NCBI RefSeq assembly: GCF_004010195.1
Contig: NC_057755.1
Location: 1,105,306 to 1,169,305, forward strand
DNA length: 64,000 bases
Reading direction: 5' to 3'
Origin: Chiloscyllium plagiosum
Taxonomy: Eukaryota
Shown here piece after piece: positions 12,766-26,419 of the stretch (position 1 is its first letter; the number at the start of each line of letters is the position of its first letter). The notes beneath the pieces were generated by a model, which worked only from the letters and a program-made list of their open reading frames with translations, had not been told where the DNA came from and ran no database searches. A program made the translations under genes and the position numbers.

Positions 12766-14147
12766 GATTTGGAGATGCCGGTGTTGGACTGGGGTGTACA
12801 AAGTTAAGAATCACACAACACCAACTTATAGTCCAACAGGTTTAATTGGAAGCACTAGATGTCAGAGCGCCGCTCCTTCATCAGGTGGTTGTGGAGGCCA
12901 CAATTGTAAGGCACAGAATTTATAGCAAAAATTTACAGTGTGATGTACCTGAAATTATACATTGAGAAAAATCTTGATTGTCTACTGAGTCTTTCACCTG
13001 TTCGAATACCATGATAGTTTCACTTGTTTCATGTGTAAATCACAAAACCTTTTTTTAAAAGTTGCATTCTCAGGTTAGCTGTAAGGATTGGTGTTAGCTA
13101 GACAATATGTTGAAGGTGTTAGCCCCCTGTGTGCTCTGTCTATGCCATGATGTTTATATTAATTATAATCTAAAAAGTGAGATAACAGAGATTTACATGA
13201 ATTCATGCAGTTTTTGAGAAAAGCACAATGTAATTCTACAAGTACGAACTCACCCCACAAAATATACGTATATGTGTGCATGTGTGTGTGTCTGGGTTGG
13301 GGGGCTGTGAGAGAGAGTGGATATGTGTGTATGTGAGTGTAGAGTGTCTTAAGTCTGTGAGGAGGTGCATGTGTGAGTGTGAGAGTGTGTGTGTGTCTGG
13401 GGTGAGGGATTGTGAGTGTCTATGAGAGAGAGTGCATATGTATGTGTGTGAGTGTAGAGTGGTCTAAGTCTCTGAGAGGATGCATGACAGACACTGTGTT
13501 TCTCTGCGTGGTCTGTGTTGTAGGTTGACTTGAGCGGGTTTGTGATCCGCAATCCTTTTGGGATCTTTCCTGCTTGCGTGCATTTCTGTAGAAACTTGAT
13601 GTTTGTGTCGATATGTGCAATCTTCTTGGAGATCCTCTCCACTTTAAGCCGGCAATTAGTGGTGTTGGTAGACATGACAGACACTTGCAAACCCCCACCC
13701 CAGGCACACACACACCCTCCCACACTCACACATGCACCCCTTCACAGATTTAAGACACTCTACACTCACATATGCACTCTGTCTCACACTCACAACCCCC
13801 CAAACCAGACACACACACATACACACAAACTACATGAATTCATGTAAAACTCTATTATCTCACTTTTTAGATTAGAATCAATACAAATATCATGGTTTAG
13901 ACAATAAAACACAGGGGACTAACACCTTCAACATATTGTCCAGCTAACACCAATTATTACAGCTAACCTGAGAATGCAACTTTAAAAATAAAGTTTTGTT
14001 ATTTTCACATGAAAGAAACGAAACTATCATGGTATTCGAACAGATGAAAGCCTCAATAGAAAATCAAGGTATTTTTCAATGTATAATTTCAAATATATCA
14101 CACTGTAAATTTTTGCTAAAAATTCTGTGCCTTACAATTGTGGCCTC

Positions 14148-14228
14148 CACAACCACCTGATGAAGGAGCGGCTCTCTGAAATGTAGTGCTTCCAATTAAA
14201 TGAGTTGGACTATAATCTGGTGTTGTGT
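14148..14228 (+). ncRNA. Hammerhead ribozyme-like motif in PLE pseudo-LTR
   Basis: cacCTGATGAaggagcggctctctGAAA followed by a tccaa..ttgga stem; homologs at 12810-12895 (-; GAAA->GACA) and 17605-17685 (+; CAGACGA). Stem I/III topology not resolved. Confidence 0.6.
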
Positions 14229-14275
14229 GATTCTTAACTTTGTGCACCCTAGTCCAACACCGTCATCTCCAAATC

Positions 14276-16909
14276 ATGTTTACTATCGGCACCACTAACT
14301 GCCGTCTTAAAGTGGAGAGAATCTTCAAGAAGACCACAGACATCAAGTTTCCACACAAATGCAGGCAAGCAGGAAAGATCCCAAAAGGATTACGGATCAT
14401 GAACCCGCTCAAGTCAACCTACAACAAAGACTACGCAGAGAAACTTTGCCACCTCACCTCTCGCAAACTCCTCAATCATCTCATGCACCAACTCTGCAGC
14501 AGGCGCCACAACCTTGAAATTCACATGCAGTCCACACTCTCAGCCTGCCCTTAGGATACAGCAGTACAATTGTGCGACATTGCTAAACTGACAAGGCGAC
14601 AAAACTACACCACTTACATGCGCACCTAGAACAAAAAACTGGAGAAACTTGGAATTCTCACCAGTAATACCAAAACCCACTCAGGGACTACAGTAGACAA
14701 CATTATCACTGTGGAGAAGTTTATTATCAACTTATTGGACCACATCCCTCCACCAGAAGACATTGAAGTCCTGAGCAGGGGTCTCAACTTCTGGCCCACC
14801 ACCAAAATGGACTCCTTAGTTCTTGCAGCAGACACGGAGGAGTTCATCAGACGAGTGAGACTCCAGGAATTCTTTCAAGGTGCCAGCAGTGATCCCAATG
14901 AACCACTAATGAACTGGAACTGTCATCAAAGGGATCTGTAGAGGAGTGACAAAAGAAGGTGTCAATTTGGACTCCACCGGAGGTCCGCTGCCTTGGGCTT
15001 GACATGTATGCTCAAACTGTCAGGAAATATATAAATGCCAGATTCATCAGCTGTAACCACAAGGGAGAGCAAAACATTATCCGTTCACAACGCAATGCCA
15101 TCCAGACCCTCAAAGCCAATCACAACATTGTCATCAAACCAGCAGATAAAGGAGGAGCCATTGTCATTCAGAATAGAACAGATTACTGCAAGGAAGTGTA
15201 CGGACAACTGAACATCCAGGAACACTATAGGCAACTACCAGCTGATCCGACCAAAGGACACACGCGTGAATTAAACACATTGATCAGGACTTTAGATCCA
15301 GTCCTTCAGAGTTCCCTACGCTCCCTCATCCCAACGTACTTCTCGTGTAGGTGACTTCTATTGCCTTCCAAAGATACACAAAGCCAATACACCAGGACCT
15401 ACGTATCAGGCAATGGGACTTTGTATGAGAATCTCTCCAGGTATATTTAAGGTATCTTGAAACGCATTGTACAGGAGATGCCCAGCTTCTGTCGCAACAC
15501 TACGGATTTCTTACAGAAAATCAGCACCCACGGACCAGTCGAACGAGGAACATTCCTCGTCACAATGGATGTTTCAGCACTCTACACCAGCATCCCCCAC
15601 AATGATGGCATCGCTACAACAGCCTCAGTACTCAACACCAACAACTGCCAATCTCCAAATACCATCCTACAACTCTACTGCTTTATCCTCGATCACAACG
15701 TCTTTACCTTTGACAGCTAGTTCTTCATCCAGACACATGGAATAGCCATGGGGAGCAAATTTGCACTCCAATATGCCAACATCTTCATGCACAGGTTCGA
15801 ACAAGTCTTCTTCTCTACGCAGGATCTCCAACCAACATTATACACCAGGCACATTGACGACATTTTCTTCCTCTGGTCCCATGGCGAGGAGTCACTGATA
15901 AAACTACATAGTGATATCAACTTTTTCATCCCACAATAAAACTCACCATGGACTACTCTCGACTATCTATCTCATTCTTGGACACATGCATTTCCATCAA
16001 AGATGGATACCTCAGAACCACACTCAATCGCAAACCCACAGACAACCTCACAATGCTACACTTCTCCAGCTTCCACCCAAAACATATTAAAACAGCTATC
16101 CCCTATGGACAAGCCCTATGTGTACACCGGATCTGCTCAGATGAGGAGGAACGTGACGGGCACCTGAAAATAATCAGGGATACCCTTATAAGAACGGGGC
16201 ATGATGCGCAATTCATCAACCACCAGTTCCAATGTGGCACAGCAAGGAACTGTAATGACCTCCTCAGGAGACAGACACGTGCTGCAACTGATAATGTACC
16301 CTTCGTTGTTCAGTGCTTCCCACGAGCTGAAAAATTACACCATGTTCTTCGTGACCTGCAACACATTATCAATGAGGATGAGCACCTCCCCACACCTCCA
16401 CTGTTCGCCTTTAAACAACGGCCAAAGCTCAAACAGATCATGGTTCGTAGCGAAGTTGCCCAGCTTTCAGGACAACTCCATACAACCCTGTCATGATAGG
16501 CGCTGCAAGACGTGTCAGTTTGTGGACATGGACACCACCAATTCACATGGGGACACCTCCCACCATGTACGTGGCAGGTACTCATGTGACTCAGCCAACG
16601 TTGTCTATCTTATTACATTGCAGGTAAGGATGCCCTGAGGCATGGTACATTGGCGAAACCGAGCAAAGGCTACGGCAACAAATGAATGGGCACTGCACAA
16701 CAATCAACAGACAGGAGTGTTCCCTCCCAATTGGGGAACACTTCAGTGGTCCAGGACATTCGACCCCGGACCTTCGGGTGACCATCCTCGAAGGCGGACT
16801 TAGGGACATTCAGCAGAGAAAAATGGCCGAGCAAAGGCTGATAGGTAAGTTCCATTCCCATAGGGAGAAGCTCAACAGGGACCTTGGGTTCATGTCACAC
16901 TACTGGTGA
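14276..16909 (+). pseudogene. PLE reverse transcriptase + GIY-YIG endonuclease ORF, disrupted
   Basis: IKPADKGGAIVI, LVTMDVSALYTSIPH, GIAMGSKFALQYANIFM, YTRHIDDIF, HPKHIKTAIPYGQAL; Cys linker PCHDRRCKTC; YSCDSANVVYLI..AWYIGETEQRLR; ends LNRDLGFMSHYW*; several stops and frameshifts. Confidence 0.92.
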
Positions 16910-17696
16910 CAACCATTGCACTATACACACACATACAGACATACACACATATACACAGCCACGCACACAGACAATCACTCACATCCTTACAGACACACAC
17001 ACTCCCACTCATACATGCAACCTCTCAGAGACTTAGACCACTCTACACTCACGAACACACCTATACACTCTCTCCCACAGACACTCACAACACCCACCCC
17101 AGGCACACACACACACTCCCACACTCACACATGCACCCCTTCACAGACTTAAGACACTTTACACTCACATACCCTGTCTCCCACACTCACATCCCCCAAC
17201 CTAGACACACACATAGACGCACAAAGACCCACGTGCACACATATACATATAGTTTGTGGGGTGAATTTGTACTTGCAGAGATACGTTGTGCTTTACTCAA
17301 AAACTGCATGAATTTATGTAAAACTCTGTTTGACTCACTTTTAAGATTAGAATCAATCTAAACATCATGGCATAGACAGAGAACACCTTCAACATATTGT
17401 CTAGCTAACACCAATTGTTACAGCTAACCTGAGAATGTAAATTTAAAATAACGTTTTGAGATTTACACATGAAAGAAGTGGCATCATGGTATTCGAACAG
17501 ATGAAAGACTCAACACCCAAACAATGCATTTTTAAATGTATAATTTCAGTTGCATCTCACTGTAAATCTTTGCGATAATTTTTGAGCCTTACAATTGTGC
17601 CCTCCACAACCACCAGACGAAAGATCGGCACTTCGAAAGCTAGTACTTCCAATTAAATCTGTTGGACTATAACCTGGTGTCGTGTGATTCGTATCT

Positions 17697-18240
17697 CATC
17701 AATATTCTTTTTTATTTCTTCAAAAAACGCAATCGAGCTTGTGAGACATGATTTCCCACGCACAAAGCCATGTTGACAATCCCTAATCAGTCCTTACCTT
17801 TCTAAATAAATGTACATCCTGTCGCTCAGGTGTCGCTTCAGCAACTTGCCCACCACCTACCTCTGGCTCACTGGTCTAAAGTACCCTGGCTTGTCCTTAC
17901 CACCTTTCTTAAACAGTGGCTCCAGATGAGCCAATTTCCAGACTTCCGGCACCTCACCTGTGACTATGATGATACAAATATCTCAGTAAGATGCCCAGCA
18001 ATCAAATCCCCAGCTTCCCACAGGGTTCGAGTGTACACCTGATCAGGTCCTGTGAATTTATCCACTTTTATGCATTTCAAGACATTCAGCACTTCCTCCT
18101 CGGCAATATGGACATTTTTCAAGATGTCACCATCCATTTCCCTACATTTCATATCTTCTACGTCTTTTTCCACAGTAAATACTGGAGTAAAATACTTGTT
18201 TAGTATCTCCCCATTCTTCTGCGGCTCCACACAAAGGCCG
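17697..18240 (-). mobile_element. CR1 ORF2 fragment, continuation of the 11583 element
   Basis: GEILNKYFTPVFTVEK and IKVDKFTGPDQVY on the minus strand. Confidence 0.85.
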
Positions 18241-19261
18241 CATAAAGAAATTGAGGGTTTTCTTAAGAAAAATAAGCAAGCATATGTCAGCTATAGACAG
18301 GCTAAATCGAGTGAGTCCTTTGCAAGTATAGAGGCAGTAGGATATACCAAAGAGGGAAATCAGGAGGACAACGAGGAAATCTGAGATAGTTTTCGAAATA
18401 GGATCATGGAGAATTCAAGGGGATTACACAACTTCATTAAGGACAAAAGTGTAACTAACGAGAGAATGGGAACCCTCAAAGATTAGCAAGGCAGCATATG
18501 TGTGGAAGGGCAGGAGGTGGGTGAAATACTAAAAGTGTATTGTGTATTATTGTTTACTGTGGAGAACCACATGGAAGATACTGAATGTGGGGGAATATAT
18601 GGCGACAGCTTGACAAGTGTCCATATTACAGAAGAGAATGTGCCAGATGCATAAAGGTGGACAACCTCAGGAAATGATCAGGTGCACCCTCAAACACTAT
18701 GGGAATCTAGTGAAGCGACTGATGGGCCCCGTGCTGAGATATTTGCATCATTGATAGTCAAAGGTGAGACGCTGGAAGACTGAAGGTTGTCTAACGTTGT
18801 GCCAGTATTTAAGAAAAGTGTAAGAAAAATACAGGGATCTATAGACTGGGGAGCTTGACATCAGTGATGGGCACGATGTTGGAGGGAGTCCTGAGGGATA
18901 GGATTTACATAAATTTGGAAAGGCAACGACTATTTAGGGATATTCAGCAAGGCTTTGTGTGTGGTAAATCATGCCTCACGAACATGATTGAAGACGTAAC
19001 AAAGGGGATTGCTGAGAGTGGAATGGTGGACATGACCTATATTGACTTAAGTAAGGCAGTTAACAAGGTTTCTCGTGGCAGACTGGTTAACAAGTTACGA
19101 CCTCGTTGAATATAGGGAGAACTCGTCACTTGGATAAAGAATTGGTTTGAAGGTGGAAGACAGAGTTTGGTGGTGGAGGATTGCTTTTCAGCCTGGAGGC
19201 CTGTGACCTGAGGTGTGCCACAACGGTCGGTGCTGGGTCCACCGCTTTTCTTTGTTTTGAA

Positions 19262-20225
19262 TCATTTGTGGGACCTGGGCACCGCTGGCTGGCCAGAATT
19301 GATAGCCCATCTGTATTTGCCCTTTGAGAAGGCGGTGATGAGCTGCCTTCTTGAATCGCTGCAGTCCACTTGCTGTGGGTGACCCACAATGCCGGGAGGG
19401 AGGGAATTCCAGGATTTTCACCGAACAGCTTTGAACGAACGGTGGCATATTTCCAAGTGAGGGTGGTGAGTGGCTTGTAGGGGAACTTGCAGGTGGTGGT
19501 GTTCCCAAGTACCTGCAGCCCTTCTCCTTCTAGATGGGATTGGTCACGGGTTTGGAAGGTGCTACGGAGCACTGGTGGTGAAGGGATTGAACGTTTGTAG
19601 ATGTGGTGCCAATCAAGCGGGTTGCTTTGTCCTGGATGGTGTCAAGCTTGTTGAGTGCTGTTGCAGCTGCCCCCATCCAGGCAAATACAGATGTTCCATC
19701 ACACTCCTGACTTGTAGATGGTGGATAGAATTCGGTGTGTCAGGAGATGAGTTACTCACCACAGTACCCCTAGTCACAGACCTGTTCTTATTGCCACTGT
19801 GTTTATGTGGTGGATCCAGTTGAGTTTCTGGTCAATGTTAACCCCAAGGATGTTGACATTGGGTGACTCTGTGTTGGTAATTTCGTTGGATGTTAAGGGG
19901 TGGTGGTTAGAATGTCTCTTATTGGTGATGGTCATTGTATGACATTTGAGTGGCATGAATGTTACTTGCCACTTGTCAGCGCAAGCCTGGATATTGGCCT
20001 GAAATTTTTGCACTTGAGCACGGACTGCTTCAGTATCTCAAGAGTCGCTCATAGTCCTGAACACGGTGCAATCATCGGCCATCAACCCTTCCTCTGACCT
20101 TATGACAGAGGGCAATTCATTGATGAAGCAACTCAAGATTGTTGGGCCGAGGACACTACCCTGAGGGACTCCTGCAGAGATCTCCTGGAACTGAGATGAC
20201 TGACCCTTCACAACGACAACCATCG
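19262..20225 (-). mobile_element. Second CR1/L2-group LINE family, 3' fragment
   Basis: ISAGVPQGSVLGPTILSCFINELPS..MADD and ADKWQVTFMPLKC; 3' UTR differs from the other CR1s. Confidence 0.8.
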
Positions 20226-21039
20226 TTCATCATTCATGTAGTGGCTTGGATGTGAACACAGGATGTACAGTTAGTTTGCAGATGACACTAAAATTGGAGT
20301 TGCAGTGCGCAGTGAAGAAGGCTAACTCAGTGAACAATTGGATGTTCATCAGATGAGCCAATGGGCCGAGGAGTGGCAGATGGACTTCAATTTAGATAAC
20401 TGTGAGGTGCTGCAATTTGGAAAGGCAAATCGTAACAGGACATATACACTTAATGGTAATGTCCTGGGGAGTGCTGCTGAACAAAGAGAACTTGGAGTGC
20501 AGGTTCATAGTTCATTCAAAGTAGTGTCTCAGAAGGATAGGATAGTGAAGAAGGTGTTTGTCATGCTCTCATTTAAGAGCATTGAGTAAAAGTATTGGGC
20601 GGACATGATGTGTCTGTACAGGATTTTGCTTCGGCCACGTTTGGATTATCATGTGCATTTCTGTTCTCCGTCCAAAAGGGAGGAAGTTGTGAGACTTGAA
20701 AGGGTTCAGAAAAGACTTACAAGGAACGTGCCAGTGATGGAGGGTTTGAGCAACAGAGAGAGGCTGAATAGGCAGACGATATTTTCTCCGTAGATTCGGG
20801 GTAGAGGGGTGACCTTATGGAGGTTTATAAAATCATGTGGGACATGGATAGTGAAAATAGACAAAGTATTTTCCTGGAGTGTGGATGTCCAGAACTAGGG
20901 GATTTAGATTTAGGGTGAGAGGCGAAAATTTTAGAAGTACTTAAGGGCAACTTTTTCACGCAGAGCATGGTACATGTATGGAATGCACTGCCAGAGGGAG
21001 TGATGGAGGCTAGTGCAATTACAATATGATTAAATTACT

Positions 21040-21330
21040 TACAGCGTGGAAACGCCCTTCGCCCCAACAAGTCCACATCGACTCTCCGAAGGTCAACACA
21101 CCCAGACCCAATCCCCTACATTCACCCGACACTACGACCAAATTACCAATTCACCTAACCTGCACATCTTTGGACTGTGGGAGGAAAGTGGAGCACCCGG
21201 AGAAAATGCACGCCGAAAGGGGGAGAATGAGCAAACTCCACACAGACTGTTGGCCATGGCGGGAATTGAATCCGTGTCTCTGGCGCTGGGAGGCAGCAGT
21301 GCTAACCACTCTGCCAACGTGCCGCCCAAT
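21040..21330 (-). mobile_element. HE1/V-SINE (tRNA-derived)
   Basis: Reverse complement has the A/B-box head (gtggttagcactgctgcctc..ggattcaattcc) and the V-SINE core ccacagtccaaagatgtgcagg. Confidence 0.88.
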
Positions 21331-22332
21331 CTGTAAAAGATAGCTGAAAGGCGAATTGAATAGAAAGGGTTGAGAGGGAAATGAGGGCAAATGAGAATAG
21401 ATTAATTTAGGATATCTGGTCAGCATTGATGATTCGGGCAAAAGGATCTGTTTCCATGTTGTATAGCTCTATGACTCCAACACTGCCTGGTATACAAAGA
21501 ACATTCAACAAATGTTCCATGTTAGATGAATATCAACACTTTAAATCGCAATTTCCTTTCAGAAATGAATCCCTGTCTTCTGCTTGAAATGATTACGTCT
21601 CTGAGGTGATGTTTTGAGTACAGTGACCCATGTTCAAATGAACATGTTCTGATGAGAGTGATTCTATTAACTATGTTTTTACTCTCCCCGTAGATGCTGC
21701 CACACATGCTGACTTTTGCCAGTTATATCTGATTCTATTTCATGGTTTCAGCATTCAGAACCCTTTCATTTATTTCATTAAAATTTCACAACCTGCCTCC
21801 CAGAAGGAATTCTTAGAGCCAGAGAATCATACTGTCCAGAAGAGATACTCCAGTCCATCCAGTTTGTGCTGCCAAAGCGACACGAAATTTACACTCATCC
21901 CAGCTTCGAGCACTAAACTCATCATCTCGTATAACATGATGCTTCAAGCGTTCATCCAGGTAGTTCCTTTTTAAACTTTGTGAGTTTTCCTGATTCCTCG
22001 ATGCTCCCAGGCACTGAATTACCACACCCCCATCACTCTCTGAGTGAAAGCCTCTTCCTCAGCTTCCCTCTAATCCTCTTCCTTTTCACCTTCAAAAATA
22101 TGCCCCCACCCATCCCCACCATATGTCGAATTCCTGCCCACACTTAGACAAACTGAGGGTTGAGCATCTTCAATATGGGTCATTCAATTGTAGCTATCCT
22201 CCTCAAACTTGACATATGAAGACTCTCAGCTGATCTAGTCGGGTGCTCAGATCTTCCATTGCTCTCTGGGTCAGAACGGGCAATGTTTGATCAGTAATGT
22301 CCAATTTCCATTTTACCTTCTACCTCTTTCAG

Positions 22333-23199
22333 TTAATTTCCTAGTGATTTTGATCCTTGCAGGAGGAACGTGTGTTCTTTCTAACTGCACAACGCGCTGC
22401 CTGTTGGCTATGGTAATGTTGGATCTACTGTTCATTTTCACGAAGAACATAATGTGGCAACTCAAATTCTTTTATTTCCCAAGGTGTTTCTGGACCTAAC
22501 CCCTGTGTGCAGATATGTCGTTGTCCTGGTCAGTGCAGCCATAGACTGTACCATTTAAATCACTGTCCTTTTGTACGTTGATCTTTTTGTGGCCATTTGC
22601 TGCCTGAAAATGAAGATAAAATATTGGACAGAGAAAACCTTGGCTGTGATTCTCGCGACAACTGGCATGCTGCTCTGTTCAAAAAATACCCACTTCTATT
22701 TTTGGTTTCAACCAGTGAAGATAATTGAAAATAATCCGTGGTTGTGCCGAACAAAGTCAAGTTGTTTTACTGATGGCTGGGATTTACGTGCGTTAATATC
22801 ATTTTAACCACTTTCATCCCATTCGTGTTAATTCTGTTGATGAATACTCTGACGGTCAGGTACATTTTAATGGACAGTCGAGTCCGCAAGAGCCTGAGGG
22901 GTCAGAGGAAAGGAGAGAGTCACAAAGACGCAGATATGGAGAGCCAGAGGAAGTCGGTGATTTCCCTCTTCTACATATCCATCAGCTTCATTCTTCTGTC
23001 GGTAATGTATGGTGCAAACATCTTATACTTTGGCAGTAAAGGAATGAATGTTGCAAAGTACAAATGTCTAGCTGATTTTAAATCCGTCCAAGAAACGCTG
23101 AAGGATTTCAGCTGCAGTACTTACACATTATTTTATGCAGTATCTCTGTCCAAGTTCAAAGCGAAGTTCAGGAATGCGGTGCACCAACTGGTAACGTAA
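22333..23199 (+). pseudogene. Class A GPCR (shark GPR139-like family) exon 2 pseudogene
   Basis: Acceptor ctctttcag|tt; VNFLVILILAGGTCVLSNCTTRCLLAM..DLL colinear with 36511-37397; 1-bp deletion ~22491, TAA at 22556, DRF->DLF, second frameshift ~22780-22805. Confidence 0.9.
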
Positions 23200-24044
23200 T
23201 GTCTTCACTTAATGACTCACAAAACAACTGAGAGAGCTCCAGAGGCAGGCAGTGTTCCCAGTGCTGGAATGGCATACGCACGGCCAGGATTCCATCAGTA
23301 CAATCACATGGATCTCTGTATAAAACTCAGCGGTGGATGAGGTGGGGGGTGTACAGGATAGGTCACCACTCACCACACACAGGAACACACTGCTATCTCT
23401 GATTGACTGATGGATTGTCACATATAGGGACACGAAGACAATGAGCAGCCGGAGGCTATTCATCACTTCGGGTCTGGCCCTCCTGCCAGACTATAAGATC
23501 GCGGTTCATCCAATTGTATCATCAAACCAGTATTTCCGTGTGCCTCTGAGGACCATCTATATGCAAATCACACACCCACCATCGAAAACCTGAAAAAAGA
23601 ATTTATCCACCTCCCCCTTCAACAATACTGAAGGACGTGACAAAGGGAGAGCAGGTAAAGGGGCAAGATGTGACTGTCAGGGGCAGAGTAGGTTGAGAAG
23701 AGGCTGCAAGAGTGATTGGAAATGACGGATTGGCTCTGAGTGATGGGTTCAGCTGGAACATTGGGTCTTCACGGACTGCCCTGTGGATGAGTGTTAAAGA
23801 CAGCAGGAGGTTTCTCTGCATTTCCCCTGCAGGGCAGGAGATGGAGGTACAGAAACAGTCCCTCCTGCAAAATGATGATTTCTCAGACTCTCTATTCAGC
23901 TCACAATAACTACTTTATTCCAACAAGGGAAAGGCTCTGGGTGCTTGTGATCACCTCATCGGAATTGGTTATTAATTCATTCAGTTTTCTTTATTTTTCA
24001 GAGAGTTTCTTGAGCCCAGTTCCTGGCCCCTGCCATCATAAGTA

Positions 24045-24370
24045 TATTGCCATCTCTCTATTCCTCTGCTTCTTTATGTTTGTATTTGTCTCTGTTCCTC
24101 CCTTCCTCTCTTTCTCTGTCTCTGTCTCTTTCTCTCTCTCTCTCCCTATCTCTGAATTTCTTGCGGTCAGTCTCTCTGTTTCTCTGTCTTACTCTCTCTC
24201 TATCTCTCTCTCTCTCTCTGCCTCTCTAGCTCTCGCTTTCCTTCTCTCATTCACTTGGTCTGCCTGTTTTTCTCTCGCTCTCCTCTGCCTCTGTCCCTTT
24301 ATCTCTCTGTGTCTATCACTGTCTCTCTCTGTCTCCCTGTCTCCTTCTCAGTCTCTTTTTTTCTCTCATT
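24045..24370. repeat. CT-rich low-complexity/microsatellite
   Basis: (TC)n and (TCTG)n degenerate array. Confidence 0.9.
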
Positions 24371-24583
24371 GATATGTCAGACACTTGTTATCTCAGTTTC
24401 GTATATGTTCACGTGCATTGGCTCAAATGCATTCCTGATCCCTTCATTCACTCATTTTTCTCCAGGACGTAATTTTACAAAACACAAAATGCACGTACCC
24501 GACCAGCTATACTTTGACACAATACTCATTACAGTTCTTTCACTGCGTTGTCCCTTCATTTCTTGCATTTTGATTGTTTTCAT

Positions 24584-24584
24584 C

Positions 24585-24617
<33 letters not shown>

Positions 24618-25900
24618 GTGTGTGTGTGTGGTTCTCCGCATTTCTCTTTTATTGTGAGAGGATCTGTGTTTATGTATGTTTCATTGCCTTTGCGGTGATG
24701 ATACTGTCTGCCAGTTCCTCAGTTTTTGTCTTTGGATATGTTGCTGTGCATCTATATGTGTTTTGCATATGGTGACTGTTGCGTTTCTATCTGGGCACAG
24801 TACATGCTGTTTTTGCTTGCATGTGTCAGCGTGTCATATCTGTTCGGTTCCTCCATGTGTGCCTGTCTTTGAGTGCAGGTGTACTATTGCGTGAATGCAA
24901 GGTGTGTCTCTGCCTGGATGTGCTCCTTTTTGTGCAGGTTTGTGCGTTTTCCAGACTGTGTTTGTCTGTTGCTTTCTATGTCAAATCTTTCTGTGCCTCC
25001 GGCAGGATCTCTCTGTTCCACTGTATGGATGTGTCTCTTTGTTTGTTTAAAAGTGCTGCTTTCTGTCTGTATCTAACAGTGTTTGTAATTCTGTAACTGT
25101 GTCTACGTGTGCTCATGTGTATGTACAGGAATGTTTCTGCGAGCTCTTGCAGGTTGGCGCGCAATGTCTCTCAGTACGATTTCAGTTCTATATGTGTGAG
25201 GATCTGGGTGTGACTCAGTGTCTGTGTGTAAATGTGCTCCTATATTAGAGGATTGTTTTTATGTGTGTATGTATTCCTGGTCTGTGTGTCCATCAGTTCC
25301 TATATATCAATATAACTATTTCTGTGCGTGTGTGAATGTGAACGTGTGGGTACGTTAATGTGCCTGTGTGTCAGTGTGCTCGCATTCTGCAGTGTCATTG
25401 TATTCCTCTGTGTGTCTGTGGAAGTGTGGGTGTGCTTCTGTATTAGTGTGTTCTCATATCTGTCTGTGTGTGTGCGTGTGTGCCTGTGTAGGGGTTGGTG
25501 GTGGCGGGGTTGGGTGCATTCCTGTTTCATGGTATATTCCAATGTCTCAGTTTGAATGCATTTCTATGTATGGGTGTGTTTCTGTGTCTGTGTGATCCCA
25601 TATCTCAGCTCGCTGTGAGTGTGTGCTCGTATGCAAGTGTGGGGAGGGAATTGGTTTCAATGTGTATGTTTGTGTGTGGGGGTGTGTGCTTGTATGTGTG
25701 CATTTTTGTGTGTGGGTGGGGGGGGTTGTTTTGGTGTGGATTTGTGTGGATATGTGTATGTGTTGGATGGATTGGACGTGAGCGTGCACGCGCGTTTGGA
25801 AGTGTTTCTGTTCGTCATTATGGTCCTATATCACCATCTGAGTGTATTTCTGTTTGTGGGTGTGTTTCTGTGTCCTTCAGGGTGTGGTTATGTCTCTGTC
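24584..25900. repeat. (TG)n microsatellite followed by GT-rich low-complexity tract
   Basis: Near-pure TG repeat 24584-24630, then degenerate TG-rich sequence; explains the spurious C/V-rich ORFs. Confidence 0.85.
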
Positions 25901-26419
25901 TCATAATAACACATCCTCTCCTGAAAATGGCTGAGTAAACCAGAGAGCAGGTCACGGTGCACAGATTGCTTTCAATGGGAACCTGGAAAAGATCTAAATA
26001 TCAGTATGTCTACCCCATAAATCCTGAAATTTGAACTGATACCCCGGTTCAATGACCTAACTCAAACTAAATAAACACGTCAAGAAAATATTGAATGAAA
26101 ACCAGGGCACGAGGAAGCTCAAAGGATCAGTGGGATCTTGGGATGCTTGTCCACAGATCCCTGAAAGTAGCATAAGAGGTCAGTAGGCTAGTTCAAAAGG
26201 CACACGGGACACATGCCTATATTAGTCGTGGCGCTGATTATAGGCAGTCATATTGGAGCTTTCCAGGACTTTGGTGAGGATGCAGCTGGGGTACTGTGTG
26301 CAGTTCTGGTGAACACTTGATGGGATTATATACACTCACATCGACAAAGCAAATGCTGCTGAGAGGTGGGAACAGTAGCAGAGTTTAATATGGGGAGTAG
26401 GCAAAAGTGGTAATATTGT

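Larger units (their letters stand above)
12766..17696 (+). mobile_element. Penelope-like element (probably Neptune-type) with direct and inverted pseudo-LTRs, decayed
   Basis: Inverted pLTR 12766-13490, inverted ORF start 13490-13675, partial direct pLTR 13680-14275, ORF 14276-16909, 3' pLTR 16910-17696; catcaat duplicated at both junctions. Confidence 0.9.
18241..21476 (+). mobile_element. CR1 ORF2 3' part of the outer element (interrupted at 19262-20225 and 21040-21330)
   Basis: QQGFVCGKSCLTN, YIDLSKA, GVPQ, FADD, WAEEWQMDFN motifs; ctctatgactc tail at ~21470. Confidence 0.85.

Noticed and set aside
23791..25938. Long S/L- and C/V-rich ORFs (up to 193 aa)
   Set aside because: By-products of CT and GT low-complexity sequence.
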